DNA from: Paraspadella gotoi
Lineage: Eukaryota > Animalia > Chaetognatha
Direction of reading: 5' to 3'
Length of the DNA: 64,000 nucleotides
NCBI GenBank assembly: GCA_051294375.1
Contig: CM119269.1
Span: 3,456,810-3,520,809, forward strand
Shown: positions 24,483 to 39,579 of the stretch, piece after piece
How positions within the stretch are numbered: the stretch's first letter is position 1
Layout of the letters: each line of letters opens with the position of its first letter
Notes under the pieces: model-generated
The model's database searches: none
Seen by the model: only the letters and a program-made list of their open reading frames with translations
Told to the model about the DNA's origin: nothing
Translations under genes and position numbers: made by a program

Positions 24483-27400
24483 CTCTTCTCTCAATTAATC
24501 ATAATTTGTGTATTTACTCCCGGGATGAGACAGTAAAAACATCGTAAAGGGAGGACAGGATTTTAGGTTCGTATTTTTATTTAGATGTTTTTGAAAGGTG
24601 GAAGAAGAGAGACGGAGGAAGAGAGAGTTAAACTTTAAATTAAAAACACTGTTGACTCAGTGAGCGCTAGTTATGTTAAATTGTTTGTTCATGTTGCTAG
24701 ATTTTGAAAATTAAAGTCAGAGATCAAGTTCTGAAAACTTTTTTCTTTCCAATTTTTCTCTCTCTATGGCGATTGTTTTGTTTTCTCGAGAGCTCACAGC
24801 CTCACAGACTCACAGCCTCACAGCCTCCACCTCTCACTCTGTTTTCATTTGACTTTCTCCTCGGCCATGGAACGTGACTCTCGGTTTGTTACTTTCCCGC
24901 GTTTCATTTCACATTTTCCTTAACTCTGTAATACTATTTCTGTTGTTAAAAGATTTTATTATCTTTCAGAGTACATTGTCTAATTAGCGTCTTTTTAGTT
25001 TTTATTTTTTTTCTAATATGCAGAAAAATCATATTTCTATTTTTTCTATGAAATATACAAATCGTATTTCATAGTACGCATATATTCATTTTCACGACAA
25101 TATTCCATCGTTTTTCTCTTTTAAATGTTATTTCTTTCTCTATTTTTTTCTTCATTTTTTCCTTCATTTTATTTCCTCTTTTATTTTCTCCTTCCTTTTT
25201 TTTCCGATCGTCATCCTTATGTCGTCACCATCTTCTTAATGAGCTCACAAGACACAAGACAACAAAAACAGAAACATGAAAAACCTGAAAATTCCGCGAA
25301 AACAAGAGAGAAACAAGTCAAGTTAAAAAGGGAAAAAAAAGGCCAAATGCAGCATTTAAGAATGCTTAAGCAGATAAAAAAAATTTAATAGTTACAAAAA
25401 AACACGAAGAAAGAAAGAAACATAAAACAGAAAAATCAAAAAAGCCAGAGAGAGAAACGGAGACGAGCGAGCGGAGGTGGAAAACGCTAACGTTCTCGTT
25501 CTGCGCTCCGGAGACGAAAAAAAACAGTTTTCATAACAACGTGCGATTTCGATTTTTAAAAACGAGCTCCGTCATTTCATTTATGGCTCTTTTGTTGTCG
25601 GTAGAAATGGGCGATAAAACTTTGACAAATCACCCCCACGTTGTTATCATCTCCTTGTTCGTTAGTAATTTTCTTTGATTTTTTTTTTCCTATCCGTTTT
25701 CTATCCTATTCCTATCCTATTCCTCTTAAATTTTGACAATTTGTCTTCGGTAACCGTCTCTCTCCCTCTCTATCTATCTAGATCTTTCTTCTCCACTTCC
25801 TCCCTCTCTCCCTCAGTTTTCTCTCTCTCTCTCTCTCCCCGTCGTCTCTAACTTCTCGCGCGCGCATCCCGTCGCTTTCTCCCCTTACTTCTTTGCCGCG
25901 ATATGCAAATGAGTTTATATGACCGGCGGGATCGCGCGGAGGCGGCTCCTGGTTGGTGGTCCGAGAGGAGATGATGCAATTAAGAAAAGCGGGACTGACG
26001 ACGACGATGAGACGACGATGACGACGACGAAAACAGTGATGGTGATGGTGAATATATATAACGAGACATAAATTTCGCTCGTGAGTTTTTTAAATTGAGG
26101 CTATTTGTGAATAAATACCGTTTTCACGAAACCAACTTTTATCCGATTAACATCATTCAGTGTTTTATCACAATTTTCTCGGCCATTTTTATCACAACGA
26201 CATCAGATATCGAGACGGACAAACTCGATACTTTCCTCACGATTATGTTTTCTTTTCGTTCGAGATTCGGATTCTCGGGCCAAATTGGAGAATCGATTTT
26301 AACTGATTTTCGTCTCCCGAGATTAGGGTGAATCGTGAATGTGCTGTGCTGATAAGGATGAATCGGTGAGAAGATGTTGATAGTGTGAACTGAGGAAGAA
26401 GATAAATGAAAAAGGAGAACGTGTTTTTTTGGAGAAAAACTACGTAGGTAATTATATATCGTGTATGTCTAGTAAAAAGGAAAACGGTGTCACATTGGAT
26501 TTTTTTAAAATTGAGAAAATAATATTTTTAAATACATTTCATCAATTATTTAACGTTAGGGTTTAGACTTTTTAAAAAATGGCCATAAACCTTCAATAGA
26601 GAACGAACGAAGTGTGAAATTTAGATGATATCGGGATTACTCGATTTTTTTATCGGAAAACTTGAGTTACACTGATATTTTAATGTGAGTTGTTGCGTCA
26701 CAAACAGGGCGGAGAGAGAAAAAACAATGATCACTGCAGAAATTTATATTCTTTTTAAAAAATACCTTACCATTAATAATACCAGTCACCTCCTCTTTCT
26801 AACCACAACTACTAAAATTGTATTGGTTTCATTTCCTTCAATGTAATAACTTGCTCCATGTAATAGCTCACCACCTTAAAATAACTACAATCAACAGTAT
26901 CCACTACAAGATCATCTCTATCCCTTTGAAGTGCACATTTTTATATCTTCATCGCATTATCGTCAACCCTCGGCGCCTTTTATCTTTGAGAAAGTTTTCA
27001 ATCACCAAAATCCGCTCGCGATCAAAATCTTTTTTTTTCTAAAACAAAAAAAAAATTTTTTCGTTTTTTCGTAATTTTGAAAGACTTGAAATCATTCCGA
27101 ATATTTTTATTGAAGCTTCAGCGCCGGCGAGAGACGTCTACGATCTTTAAAAATTTATAATTTTTTTTATTGTATTTTACTCGCACGAACAAAAACAGAA
27201 GGAAAGCTATTTTTTGAAGTTTTCGGGTCTTTTTCCGTTTGTCGTATTGTATTAATTTCACGAAAATTCCATCGAAAAATAAATAAACTTTTTAAAAATA
27301 AAAAAAGCGGTGAGTAAAATATCGATATTAACTCAGGAAAAAACAATGGCGCTATTTATCAGTCTGCCAGATTTTTTTTTACGTCCTCGAAAAACGGAGA

Positions 27401-27938
27401 TTTGCCTAACTCGGGTTAGTTGATGGTTATGATAAACGAACGTTTATTTAACACTTTGCTTTTTAATTAATTTTTTTCTTAATGATAAATAAAAACATAA
27501 CGTGAACTGAAAAAAAAAAAACAACTAAACTAACCTATTCTAACCTTATAAATCTTAAACCCAATGCAAAGCAATTAATGATTTGATCAACTAATTGTCT
27601 TTTTCTCCATCACTCCTTATTCCCTTCCCGCCACCTCAACACGTCTACTCTAAAGGTAAGTGACCGTTTTTTTTATCAAACTCAGTCTTAGTTGTTTTGA
27701 GTCGTCGTTCAGTCAACTTCTAAGTAAATCGTTTTTTAGTTTACATTTTTTCTGATTTCGACTGATTTGACATTTTTAAGCTTTAAGTTTTCGCGATTTT
27801 ATCTTTGCTTCGCCGACGGTTACCGCGTCCTCTTATATCGTTCCGACCGTCAACTTCACTTGCAATTAGGAGTTGGGGGAAAAGTCGCTTAAATATTATG
27901 TATTTCTCTCTCTCTCTTCTCTCTCTCTCCTCTCTCTC

Positions 27939-27988
<50 letters not shown>

Positions 27989-28743
27989 TCTGATGTTTTC
28001 TTAGTTTTACCAACTTGCAACAATTTTTAGTCCATCACTATAACTTTAACCCAAATCTGTATTTTAAGACAAAGTTTTCACCTATGAAGGTAATAAATTA
28101 AGCTCTAAGCATCAAAAAGGCGCCCCAGGTTCTGATTTACGAAAAACCAAAAATTCGGTTGGGTGAAAGCAACAATAATAACTAGCATAAAAAATATAGC
28201 TATGGTTGAATAACTGCCTTGTCTTTGTGATTATTCAACGAACGAACCCAACATGTTGAAAAAAAGAGTTCTTAGAAATAAATTATATTGAAAAGCATGG
28301 CGTCATAGTTTTCACGTCACAACGATAATAAACCATATCATCCTATTTTCTTGAAAAAAAAAAAACAAACAAAAAAACTTGCCATTCACGCGCGAACTCG
28401 TTTAATATTCGGAATTCGTAAATTCAGTGATTGACCAATCAGACGGTGAATTTTTAGAGCATCGGTCTGGATTCGTTCGTGATTCGTTCGATAAATCGTC
28501 ATGGCGTATTTGACGGTCAGTGATGATGAATAATAGGATATCCTGTAATCGGTGCCCATATATGTAGCGCTTTCTCGTGCAGAAAATTGATATCGGAATG
28601 GGAAGAGAGAGACGACGACGACGGACGACGACGACGGACGACGACGACGACAGTGTATGCGAACGACGAAGACGGCGACGCCCATAACCAAACTCGTGTG
28701 AAAGAAAAAACAATTAATTTTCGCTAATCATTAAATATGTTAT

Positions 28744-28807
<64 letters not shown>

Positions 28808-29525
28808 CTCTCTCTCTCTCTCTCTTCTCTCTCTCCCTCCCTCCTTCCCCCTTACTCACTTTTACTGTAAATAATTCAATATAGTAGTAAATTAATCATC
28901 AGCAAAAACGAGGGCCCACATTGCGACTGATAATCGTTTGGAACTTGGGAGAGGCAAAAATCAAAAAACATTTTCTCTTTTTATTCTTTACACGCAAGTG
29001 TAACCCATTTCCTTTCTTCTTCCCTTCATTATACTTTTTTTCTTCTTTCTTCTTTCTTTCTTTCTTTCTTTCTTCTTTCTTTATTTTCTTTCTTTTTCTT
29101 TTCTTCTTTTTCTTTTCTTTTCTTTCTTTCTTTCTTTCTTTCTTTTCTTTTCTTTTCTTTTCTTATTCTTTTTTTTTCTTTTCTTTTTCTTTTCTTTTCT
29201 TTTCTTTCTTTTTCTTTTCTTCTTCTCAACCACGCTTTCTAAATTTATCGAGAAATAAAACATATTTAAGCGAACTAAAAAATAGACTAAAATCTTTTTT
29301 TTTAAAGTCATATTTCCCCCGGGCGCCCATTTCCTGGCGATAAAAAAAGTGCGTAACTTCCGTTTTTCGAGTTTTTAAGTTAGACTTTGAAAATCTCGCT
29401 CCCGAAGATTTCTACCAATATACCATCATATATTTTTTACATTCAATACATCCCTCCTCCGTTCCACCTCTCTCTCTCTCTTCCTCTCTTCTCTCTCTCC
29501 CCCCCCTCTCTCTCTCTCTCTTCTC
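16511..29525 (+). repeat. ~13-kb continuous copy (inverted B + C + D) ending at a 25-N gap; probably shows the true order
   Basis: No internal gaps. It bridges the gaps at 1001, 5272, 13097 and 14689 of the first copy. Confidence 0.88.
21803..22604 (+). other. Frameshifted duplicate of the 6275-7089 exon (probably sequencing error, not a pseudogene)
   Basis: Same ATG and GTATGA donor. The differences are mostly 1-nt indels, with few substitutions. Confidence 0.8.
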
Positions 29526-29945
29526 NNNNNNNNNNNNNNNNNNNNNNNNNTCTCTCTCTCTCTCTCTCTCTCTCAAACTCTTGCTCGCTCGATTTTCTCA
29601 TTTCGATTCAAAACCAAACTACAAAATGTAAATAATATTTCAACTGCTCTTTTTTTTTTACTTTTTGCCCTTGAAAATAAATTTCGACAATAAAGTAAAT
29701 CTTTTTATTGTACGGGTTAAACTTTTATTTTATAAAGATTATTAAATTGGAAGATTATCATTTTTCTTATGTTTACGTTTACGTATTTTTGATAAACCTC
29801 TAACCTTTATATTGATTTGGAAAATGAGTTGGTTTATGCGACAAGTCCCTGATGTTTCTTTGTTTTTATCCTGAGGATTCTAATTCTTTTCGTTATTGAC
29901 ACAAAACATTTAAAACCTCANNNNNNNNNNNNNNNNNNNNNNNNN

Positions 29946-30115
29946 ACGACGATAACAACAAATCAAACGAGACTGCTCGGATAAAAATGATTTATTTTTT
30001 TTCTGAGTCGAAGCATGAATAAGATCAATTTGATTATTTATATACTGAATCTCACTTCGCTATTTACCGGATAAAAAGAATAAAAAAACAGAAGATAAGA
30101 AAGGAAAAGGAAAGG

Positions 30116-30175
<60 letters not shown>

Positions 30176-31468
30176 AGAGAAAGAGAGAGAGAGAGAGAGA
30201 GAAGAGAGGAGAGAGGGGAAAGAGGAGAGAGAGAAAAAGATCCGATTTTTTAAGTTCTCCCGGATAGAGAGCGAGAGTTTTTTTTTTTTTTTCAAAGTGT
30301 TTCGAGCCGTCGCTTTTACCTCAAGATATAGACGAAATAAAAAGTACAATATTTAGGAAAAAAATTCACAAAGAAAATAGGGAATTAAAAGAAACATTGA
30401 CAGGGGGCGCAGGTGAACTGACAAAGACGACATTGACGACGACGACAAACGACAAAGACGACGACCTCCAAATCAAAGTAATGAAAACCGGCTTATGACA
30501 AAAAAAGACATTCATGAAGTCACGACTTGAATGGTCTGGAAGGGAAAACCACTGTACGTAACGATCCTGAGAAAAAAGAAAATAAGAAATAAAATAAGGT
30601 AAGAAAACGGAAGAAAGAAAAAATAAAAAGACTTGAAGCAAAAGAGCTATTAAAAAAGCAAAAGGAAAATTAAAAAAAAAACTGATCCATTTCGACTTGA
30701 ATTCTATTCTGAAAAAAAAAAAATCAAAATACGGAATACATACGTGTAATATATTTAATATTTCACTTTTTATTTACTGTAATTTTTAATTATTGTTTAA
30801 AAAAATTGTATATAATGTATTTACAACATCCTACAACTTTGAAAGTTTCCGACGGGTGGTCGCCGACCCAAATCGTTTACGGTCGAAACCGAAGAGCAAA
30901 TTTTGGAAAACAACACGAACTCGCCTTTCGAATTCGTCATTAAAAGAGGACCCGGGATGGCGGGCCTTTGGCGGGCGGAGCGAAAGGAATTCAAAACCAG
31001 TTTTTGAAATGAGGAAAAAAGGGTCATAGACCTGAAATAGAAGAAATCGTGGACAGGAGGAGATGTAAGCGATTAGGGATTAAATCTTTATCTAGAAAGT
31101 TTAAATGTTTAAGTCCAAGAGTTATTGAGGTTTTAAATGTTTTGTGTCAATAACGAAAAGAATTAGAATCTCAGGATAAAACAAAGAAACATCAGGGACT
31201 TGTCGCATAAACCAAAACTCATTTTCCAAATTCAATATAAAGGTTAGAGGTTTATAAAATACGTAAACGTAAATAAAGAAAAATGATAATCTTCCAATTT
31301 AATAATCTTTAGAAAATAAAAGTTTAACCGGTACAATAAAAGAATTTACTATTGTCGAGAGCCGAAATTTATTTTCAAGGGCAAAAAGTAAAAAAAAAGA
31401 GCAGTTGAAATATTATTTACATTTGTAGTTGGGTTTGAATCGAAATGAGAAAATCGAGCGAGCAGAAG

Positions 31469-31552
<84 letters not shown>

Positions 31553-32020
31553 AGAGAGGCGTGAACGGGAGGAGGGAGTATTCGAATGTAAAAAATATGA
31601 TGTATATTCGGTCAGAAATCTTCGGAGCGAGATTTTCAAAGTCTAACTTAAATACTCGAAAAACGAAGTTACCGACTTTTTTTATCGCGCCAGGAAATGG
31701 GGACGCCCGGGGAAAATATTGACTTTAAAAAAAAAGATTTTAGTCTATTTTTTTAGTTCGCTTAAATACTGTTTTATTTCTCGATTAAATTTAGAGCGTG
31801 GTTGAGAAAGGAAAGAAAAGAAAGAAAAGAAAAAGAAAAGAAAAGAAAAGAAAAGAAAAGAAAAGAAAAGAAAAAGAAAAAGAAAAAAAAAGAAAAGAAA
31901 GAAAGAAAGAAAGAAAGAAAGAGAAGAGAAAGAAAGAAGAAAGAAAGAAAGAAAAAGAAAGAAGAAAGATAAAGAATAGAAAGAAATAATAGAAATAAAA
32001 GAAGAAGAAAGAAGAAAGAA
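29946..32020 (-). repeat. Inverted copy of ~34650-36800 (D/E)
   Basis: gataacaacaaatcaaacg (29951) resembles the RC of cgttgattgttgttatc (~36775). Forward sequence equivalent to ~36820 resumes at ~32030. Confidence 0.88.
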
Positions 32021-32031
32021 AACCGCGCACG

Positions 32032-32070
<39 letters not shown>

Positions 32071-32439
32071 CGTACTCTCGATAGATCCGCTCAGTCAATT
32101 TCGGGTTTTAGTACTTCTCCTCCTTTCATTTTTCTTCCTTAGAAAACCAAAACAAAAAATAATAAACAAAAATGTTTAGAAATTCTTAACATTCTCCCAT
32201 TTTCTTTATTTTTTTTTCCTCCAACCGTTCGAACTTTTCAAAGGGGAATCAACCTCGAAGCGAATTTTTCTCGTTTCTTCACCAAGCGTCAAAAAATTCA
32301 ACGTCCCCCCTTAAAAAATAAGCCGTCGGGAGTTTTCGTTGACGAATAGAAATTGAAAAAAAAAAACGAAGAGACGAAGGAGTGCTTCTCACGACATCTT
32401 CATCAGAGAAATATCGCTCTCTGCTCTAACTCCTACATT

Positions 32440-34362
32440 CTTCGGATCTTTTTGTTTCTAAACTATAAAAAATATTTTTTTCGTTCTTTTCCCGTAAGTT
32501 TTGAAAAGACTTGAAATCATTCCGTAATTGATTTTTTATGAGGCTTAGCCGCCGCAGTCCGACGAACGGAGAACGTCAATCGATCTTAAAAAATTTATAA
32601 TTTTTTTTTACTATTTACCGCACGAAAAAAAAGAAGGAAGACTATTTTCTGAAGTTCTTCGGGGGTCCTTTCCGGTTGTCGGTAATTGTACCCTTAATTT
32701 TCAGACGCAGGAAATTCCATCGAAAATAATATAAGAACTTTTAAATAATTAAAAAAGACGCCTGAGTAAATATCGATATTAATCTCAGGAAAAACATGGC
32801 CGCTATTTAGTCAGTGCCAGATTCTTTTTCACCCGTCTTCGAAAAAGCGGAGATTTGCCTAACTCGGTTATTAGTTCGTATGATTATAAGCGAACTTGAA
32901 TGTACAACCTATAACATTTGCTTTTAATTAATTTATTTTTGTCTTTAATGATAATATAAAAACATAACGTGTGATACTGGAAACAAAAAAAAAAAAACAA
33001 CTAAACCTAACCTATCTTCTAACTTAATATAATCTTATAACCAATGCAAAGCATAATTAATGATCTGAGTCAAACTAATTTGTCTTTTCCTCCATATACC
33101 TTTATTCCATTCTCCGCCCCAACTCTCAACACGTCGACTTCTCTAAGGTAGGCGTTATGAGTGATCGTGTCTTTATCAAACTCGATCTTAGTGTGGTTTG
33201 ATGTCGTCGCTTCTGTTTCACTTCTAAGTAAAACGTTTTTAGTTACAGTGTTTTTCTGAATTTCAACCTGAATTTTGACATTTTTAAGCTCTTTAAAAGT
33301 TTCGCGATTTTACTTTGCTTCGCGACGTTACCGCCGGTCCTCCTTAGTAATCGTTCTTCGACCGCGCTGCAACTCTCAACTTGCAATTAGAGGTTGGGCG
33401 ACAAAATGTCGCTTAAACCTATATGGTATTACTTCTCCTCTGTCTTCTCATCTCTTCTTCTCTCTCTAATCTCGTCCTCTCTCCTCTGTCTTCTCTCTCT
33501 CTCTCTCCTCCTCTTGATGTTTCTTAGTATTTAACAACTGCCAGACAATTGGTTTAGTCCCATGCACTATAGCCTTCACCCAAAATCTCGTATTTTAAGA
33601 CAAAAGTTTCACTACTGACACGTTACCAAATTATAAGCTCTAAACTCAGAAAAAGGCGCCCGAGGTTCTGATTATAACGAACACCATAACGATATTCATC
33701 GCCGGCTTATGGGCTGTTCAAAGCAAGAATATACACTTAGCATTAAAAAATATATGCTATGGTTGAATCAACTGCCTTGTCCTTTGCTGAATTAATATCC
33801 AAACAGAAACTGTGAAAAAAAGTCCCTTAGAAATAAATAATATATTGAAAAAGCATGGCGTCATAGTTGTTCCACGTTCACAACGAATAATAAACCATAT
33901 CATCCTATTTTCGAAAAAAAAAAAAACAAAGCAAAAAAACTCGGCTCATTCACGCCGGAACTCGTTTTAATATTTCGGCCCTAATTTCGTAAATTCAGTG
34001 ATTGACCATCGACGACGTGAATTTTTAGAGGCATCTCTGGTGATCGTTCCGTGATTCGTTCGAATAGAATCGTCCATGGCGTTATTTTGCGACGCGTTCA
34101 GTGATGTCGAAAAAGGAGATTGAGTCCGTAACTTCGTCGCTAATAATGTAGCGTCTTTCCTCGGTGAGAAAATTGCTACTCCGGAATGCGGAAAGAGAAC
34201 GACGACGTCACGACGACGAGACGACGACGACAGCCAGTGGATGACGACGGAACGAAGACGGCGACGCCTAATACAAACTCGTTGTTGAAAATAGTGAAGA
34301 TAACAATAATTCTGACTATAAATCATTTTTTAACATTATGTATTCTCTCTCTCTCTCTCCAG

Positions 34363-34398
<36 letters not shown>

Positions 34399-37395
34399 GC
34401 TCTCTCCTCTCTCTCTCTCTCCCTCCCGTCCCTCCCTTCGCCCCCTTACTCACTCCTACTTGTAAATAATCAAATATTAGTGTTAAATAATCATATCCAG
34501 CAAAACGAGGCCCAGGCATCATTGCGACTGATAATCGTTGGGCATTGGGAGAGCAAAAATCCAAAAACATTTTCTCTTTACTTATTTCTTTTACACGCAA
34601 TGTAACCCATTCCTGCGTTCTTTCCCCCTTCTTCATTAATTTTTTTTTTTCTTTCTTTCTTCTTCTTCTTTCTTTCTTTCCTTTTATTTCTTTATTCTTT
34701 CTTTTTCTTTTCTTTTTCTTTTTCTTTTCTTTTCTTTTCTTTTCTTTTCTTTTCTTTTCTTTTCTTTTTCTTTCTTTCTTTTTTTCTTTTCTTTCTTCTT
34801 TCTCAACCACGCTCTAAATTTAAATCGAGAAATAAAAACAGTATTTAAGCGATACTAAAAATAATAGACTAAAATCTTTTTTTTTTAAAGTCAATATTTC
34901 CTGCCCGGGCGTCCCGATTTCACCTGGCGCATAAAAATCCGGTACTTCGTTTTTTCAGAGTTTTTAAGTTAGACTTTGAAAATCTCGCTCCGAAGATTTC
35001 TCGACGCGAGAATATACATCATATTTTTTATACACTTCGAATACCTTCCTCCCGTTCACGCTCTCTCTCTTCCTCGCTCTCACCATCTCTCTCTGCTCTC
35101 TCTCTCTCTCTCCTCCTCTCTCTCTCGTCTCTCTCCTCCTCTCTCTTCTCTCTCTCTCACTCTCTCATACGTCTTCTCGCTCGATTTTCTCATTTCGATT
35201 CAAAACCAAACAAAAATGTAAATAATATTTCAACACCTGCTTTTTTTTTTACTTTTGCCCTTAAAATAAAATTTCGACGCTCGCGCGCACTCTCACAATA
35301 AAGTAAATCTTTTTATTGTACGTGTTAAACTTTTATTTTCTAAGATTATTAAATTGGAAGATTATCATTTTTCTTATATTTACTTTTACGTATTTTTTGA
35401 AAAACCTCTAACCTTTATATTGATTTGGAAAAATGAGTTGGTTTATGCGACAAGTCCCTGATGTTTCTTCTGTTCTTATCCTGAGGATTCTAATTCTCTT
35501 TCGTTATTGACCAAAACATTTAAAACTCCTCAAAACACTTTACTTAAACATTTAGATTTTCTTTCTAGATAAAGAGTTTAATCCCTGAATCGCTTACATC
35601 TCCCACTCGTCCCACGATTTCTTCTATTTCAGTCTATGACTCCCTTTTTTTCCTTTATTTCAAAACTGGTTTTGAATTCCTTTCGCTGCCGCCCGCCAAA
35701 GCCCGCCATCCCGGGTCCTTTTAATGACGAATTTCGAAAGGCGAGTTCGTGTTGGTTCCAAATTTGCTCTTCGGTTTCGACGACCCGTAAAACGATTTGG
35801 GTCGGTCGACCACCCGTCGGAAACTTTAAAGTTGTAGGATGTTGTAAATACATTATACTATATCAATTTTTTTAAAAACTTAAATAATTAAAAATTACAG
35901 TAAATAAAAGTGAAATATTAATATATTACCGTATTTATTGATGTATTCGACGGTATTTGCATTTTTTTTTTTCAGAATAGAATTCAAGATCGAAATGGAT
36001 CAGTTTTTTTTTTAATTTTCCTTTGCTTTTTTATTAATAGCTCCTTTTGCTTCAAGTCTTTTTATTTTTTCTTTCTTCCGTTTTCTGTACCATTTTATTT
36101 CTTATTTTCTTTTTTATTTCTTATTTTCCTTTTTTCTCAGGATTCGTTACGTACAGTGGTTTTCCCTTCCACCAGATCATTCAAGTCGTGAGCTCATGAA
36201 TGTCTTTTTTCGTCATAAGCCGGTTTTCATTACTTTGATTTGGAGGTCCGTCCGTCTTTGTCGTCGTCAAAGTGTCGTCATTTGTCCGCAGTTCACCTGT
36301 CGCCCCCTGTCAATGCTTTCTTTTAATTCCCTATACTTCTTTGTGAATTTTTTTCCTAAATATGTACTTTTTCATTTCGTATTATCTTGAGGTAAAAGCG
36401 ACGGCTCGAACACTTTGAAAAAAAAACTTCTCGCTCTCTATCCGGGAGAAACTTAAGAAAATCGGATTCTTTTCTCTCTCTCCTTCTCTCTCTCTCTCCT
36501 TCTCTCTCTTCCTTTCTCTCTTCTCTTTCTCTCTTCTCTCTCTCTATTTCTTCTCCTCCTCTCTCCTACTCTCACTCTCTCCTCTCTCTACTCTCCTCCT
36601 CTCTCTCCTCCCTTTCTTTTCTTCTCCTTATCTTATTTTTTTTATCCGGTTATAGTTCGTAAGTGAAGATTCAGTATTATAATATATCAAATATTGACTT
36701 ATTCATGGTGGCTTCGATCATAGAAAAAAAGATAAATCATTTCTTATCCGAGCCAAGTACTCTCTTTTTGCGTTCGTTGATTGTTGTTATCTCGTCTCGT
36801 CTCGTCAGTCGTCGTCGTCGGTCGGTCGCGTCGTCGTCGTTCGTTCGTCGTCGTCCGTTACTGTCTCTCGTATAGATTCCGCTCAGTCAATTTCGGGTTT
36901 TAGTACTTCTCCTCCTCATTTTTCTCTTAGAAAATCCAAAACATAAAAATAATAAACAAAAAATTGTTTAGGAATTCTTAAACATTCTCCCCATTTCTTT
37001 TATTTTTTTTCCTCCAATCCGTTCGAACTTTTCAATAGGGGAATCAAACCGTCGAGCGAATTTTCTCGTTTCTCACTCACAGCTCAAAAAATTCATATCG
37101 TCCCCCTTTTAAAAAAAATAAGCCGTTCGGAGTTTTCCGTTGACTGGAATAGAAATGAAAAAAAAAAAACGCAAGAAAAAGACAGAAAAATAAATTAACA
37201 AAATATAGGACAGATCTTGAAAACCTTTCCAAAGGAAGAGAAAAGAGAGAGAAGGGAAAAAAAGAAGGGGAAGGGAAAAGAGGAAAAAAAGGAAAAAGAG
37301 AAAAAGGAAAGGAAGGGGAAAGAAAAAAAAAGAAGAATTCCATAATGATCTCTTCGTTGTCTCATTCCGCGATCTCCTCTCCTTTTTTTTTTCCT
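32440..37395 (+). repeat. Insertion-rich copy of C-end + D + E ending at a 25-N gap
   Basis: Colinear with 11520-13096 and 27020-29920 but with very dense single-base insertions, as expected of an uncorrected long read. Confidence 0.85.
35680..35850. other. GC-richer island, possible exon, strand unresolved (copies at ~13135, 15050-15210, 30830-31000)
   Basis: Partial open frames on both strands (FTVETEEQILENNTNSPFEFVIKRGPG; MTNSKGEFVLFSKICSSVST). No consistent splice sites found. Confidence 0.2.
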
Positions 37396-37484
37396 NNNNN
37401 NNNNNNNNNNNNNNNNNNNNCCAAGAAAAAGACAAAAAAAATAAATTAACAAAAATAAAGGACAGATCTTGAAAAACTTTCAAA

Positions 37485-37578
<94 letters not shown>

Positions 37579-37609
37579 CATCTTTAATGATCTCATTCGT
37601 GCTCATTCC

Positions 37610-39235
37610 ATCTCTCTCCTTTTTTCTTCCTTTTTTTTCCTCCTACCCACCCGGAAATTGAAGGGAAAAAAGAAAGCGTTAAAAAGGACTCGTTTCGGGA
37701 CGATGACACTTCATTTTTCTTTTCAAAATTAAAATAAAAAAATAAGAGAGGAAAAAAAAAAAATTTGGACCGACTTCGGACGTGATTCGTCTCCAATCGA
37801 AACGTCGATTAAATTGCCCATTTGACGTCGCGAGTCATCTCGTGCGCCCCGGATGTTCGAAAGGCCCGGAATGTCCTGTGCCGCTTCGTTTCGTTCCGCC
37901 CCTCTGCCCGCCTCGTCATTCGATCCACATTCTCTCCCATTTCTGCGTAACAATTCTTGTCCGCTTCGTGTATGCCCGTCTCCCTGCTGCTCGCGCCGCC
38001 TTCCCCTGCCTTCATTTCCCTTTGCTCGCGCTCTTTAACCGCCCATACTTGTAAAGGGGGTCAAAAACTTCCGTTTGATCCCGGGTAACGAATCCTTTGC
38101 CGCCGCCTGCCCGCACTGTCCTGTCCCGCCTGCCCGACCCCTCCTGCTTTCTCCTCCCCCCTCTCGACTCTTGAACGGGTGAACAAGACTCGCAATCTCG
38201 TCGCTGGAGTCGCAGACTAGTTTTTGGAAAAAGAAAAAAGAAGAAGAAGAACTCCCCGGCTGGTAAAGAAAAGGAGGGGCCGAAAAAAAAAAAAGTGAAA
38301 AAAATCAGTGGCATCTCTCTCTACTCTCTCTTTTTCTCTTTATCACGGAAAGTCTCCACGTGAGCTCTTTGGCCGTCTCTCCTCTCTCTCTTAACTTGTT
38401 TTCTTTTCAATTAAATGTGGCGCAAAAATAATGGCGATTAATGGCAATTGCCATTTTCGGGGGAAACTCTTCAAGTTTTGATTCTGTTCTTCTAATCTTT
38501 TAAATGACGGAGAAAAGACGGTTTTTTTTTTCGATTTTTTAAAAGTAAAGGCGGAAAAGTTTTTGTTCCTTTTGTCTTTCGAGTCGCCCGTATTTTCCTT
38601 TTTTTTATTAATCCATCTCTGTCTCGTCGAGACGTTAGTCCATCTATCACCACCCTCAACGAAAAAAAGAAATAACCTTTTCCCTATGTTTTTTGACGCT
38701 TCAATACTTCAATTCATTTCTTTTCATGAAAAATAAATGTTAATATTTGTTTGGAGGAGATACTAATAATTTTCGAATATCTTTTTTTCAATTCTTTTTT
38801 TTTGCTTTTTTTTTTTCCAGTGACTTTTACCTTGGAGCGAAACGTTCGCCTTCATCAATTCGCGGCCTTTTTTTTGATGTTTGGATACAGTGGTCGGACG
38901 ATTCAATTCTCTTCACCGGAGGGAGGGGTACAGTCGTGCTTTGAGACATTTCTTAATCTACAGGATAAGCTTTATAAGTTTCTTGTTATTTTTTTATCTA
39001 TTTGGGTTTTGAAAATTAGCGTTTATCATTTTGGTTTTGGAAAATGAAAATATTAGGCCCTAACCTTTCACCTAAAAGAAAATAAAAACAAAAAAATAAA
39101 AATAAAACGAAATTAAAAGATGCGATAATAACCAATCTAACCTTTCCCACAAAATAGACATGTTGAATTAAGGTTATTTCAACTTGTGACGTAAGGAAAC
39201 GTGCTTGGGATTAAAACAGAAAAAAGTTACCTTTT
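37610..39235 (+). repeat. Direct copy of ~45606-47153
   Basis: Both run from ...ccacccgg(g)aattgaagggaaaaa to gggattaaaacagaaaaaagttacctttt. Confidence 0.93.
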
Positions 39236-39335
39236 TTAAAGAAAAAAAGAAAGGCGTACGATGCCCTTCGAATTATTATCATAAGATTTCGAAAACGACA
39301 AAGAGTCTTCTCTCTCTCTCTCTCTCTCTCATCTC

Positions 39336-39383
<48 letters not shown>

Positions 39384-39579
39384 CAGTTTATTAATCCACG
39401 AGAAAAATTAAATACCGAAAAAATCCTCCGCACAAGAAATTTTATTTGAAGGAAAAGTTGGCACGAATAAGATTTGGATCCTTTTTAACTTGGTTCTCAA
39501 AGGAGTCCTGCCCGGCGCGGTCTTTTCCGCCCACGGGCCCTGGGAATCCGTGACGGGGGCCGTTTTAGGGGTAAACTAC

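Noticed and set aside
1-37395. Real tandem gene array or breakage-fusion-bridge amplification
   Set aside because: Breakpoints coincide with 25-N gaps and the copies differ mainly by 1-nt indels. Not formally excluded without reads.
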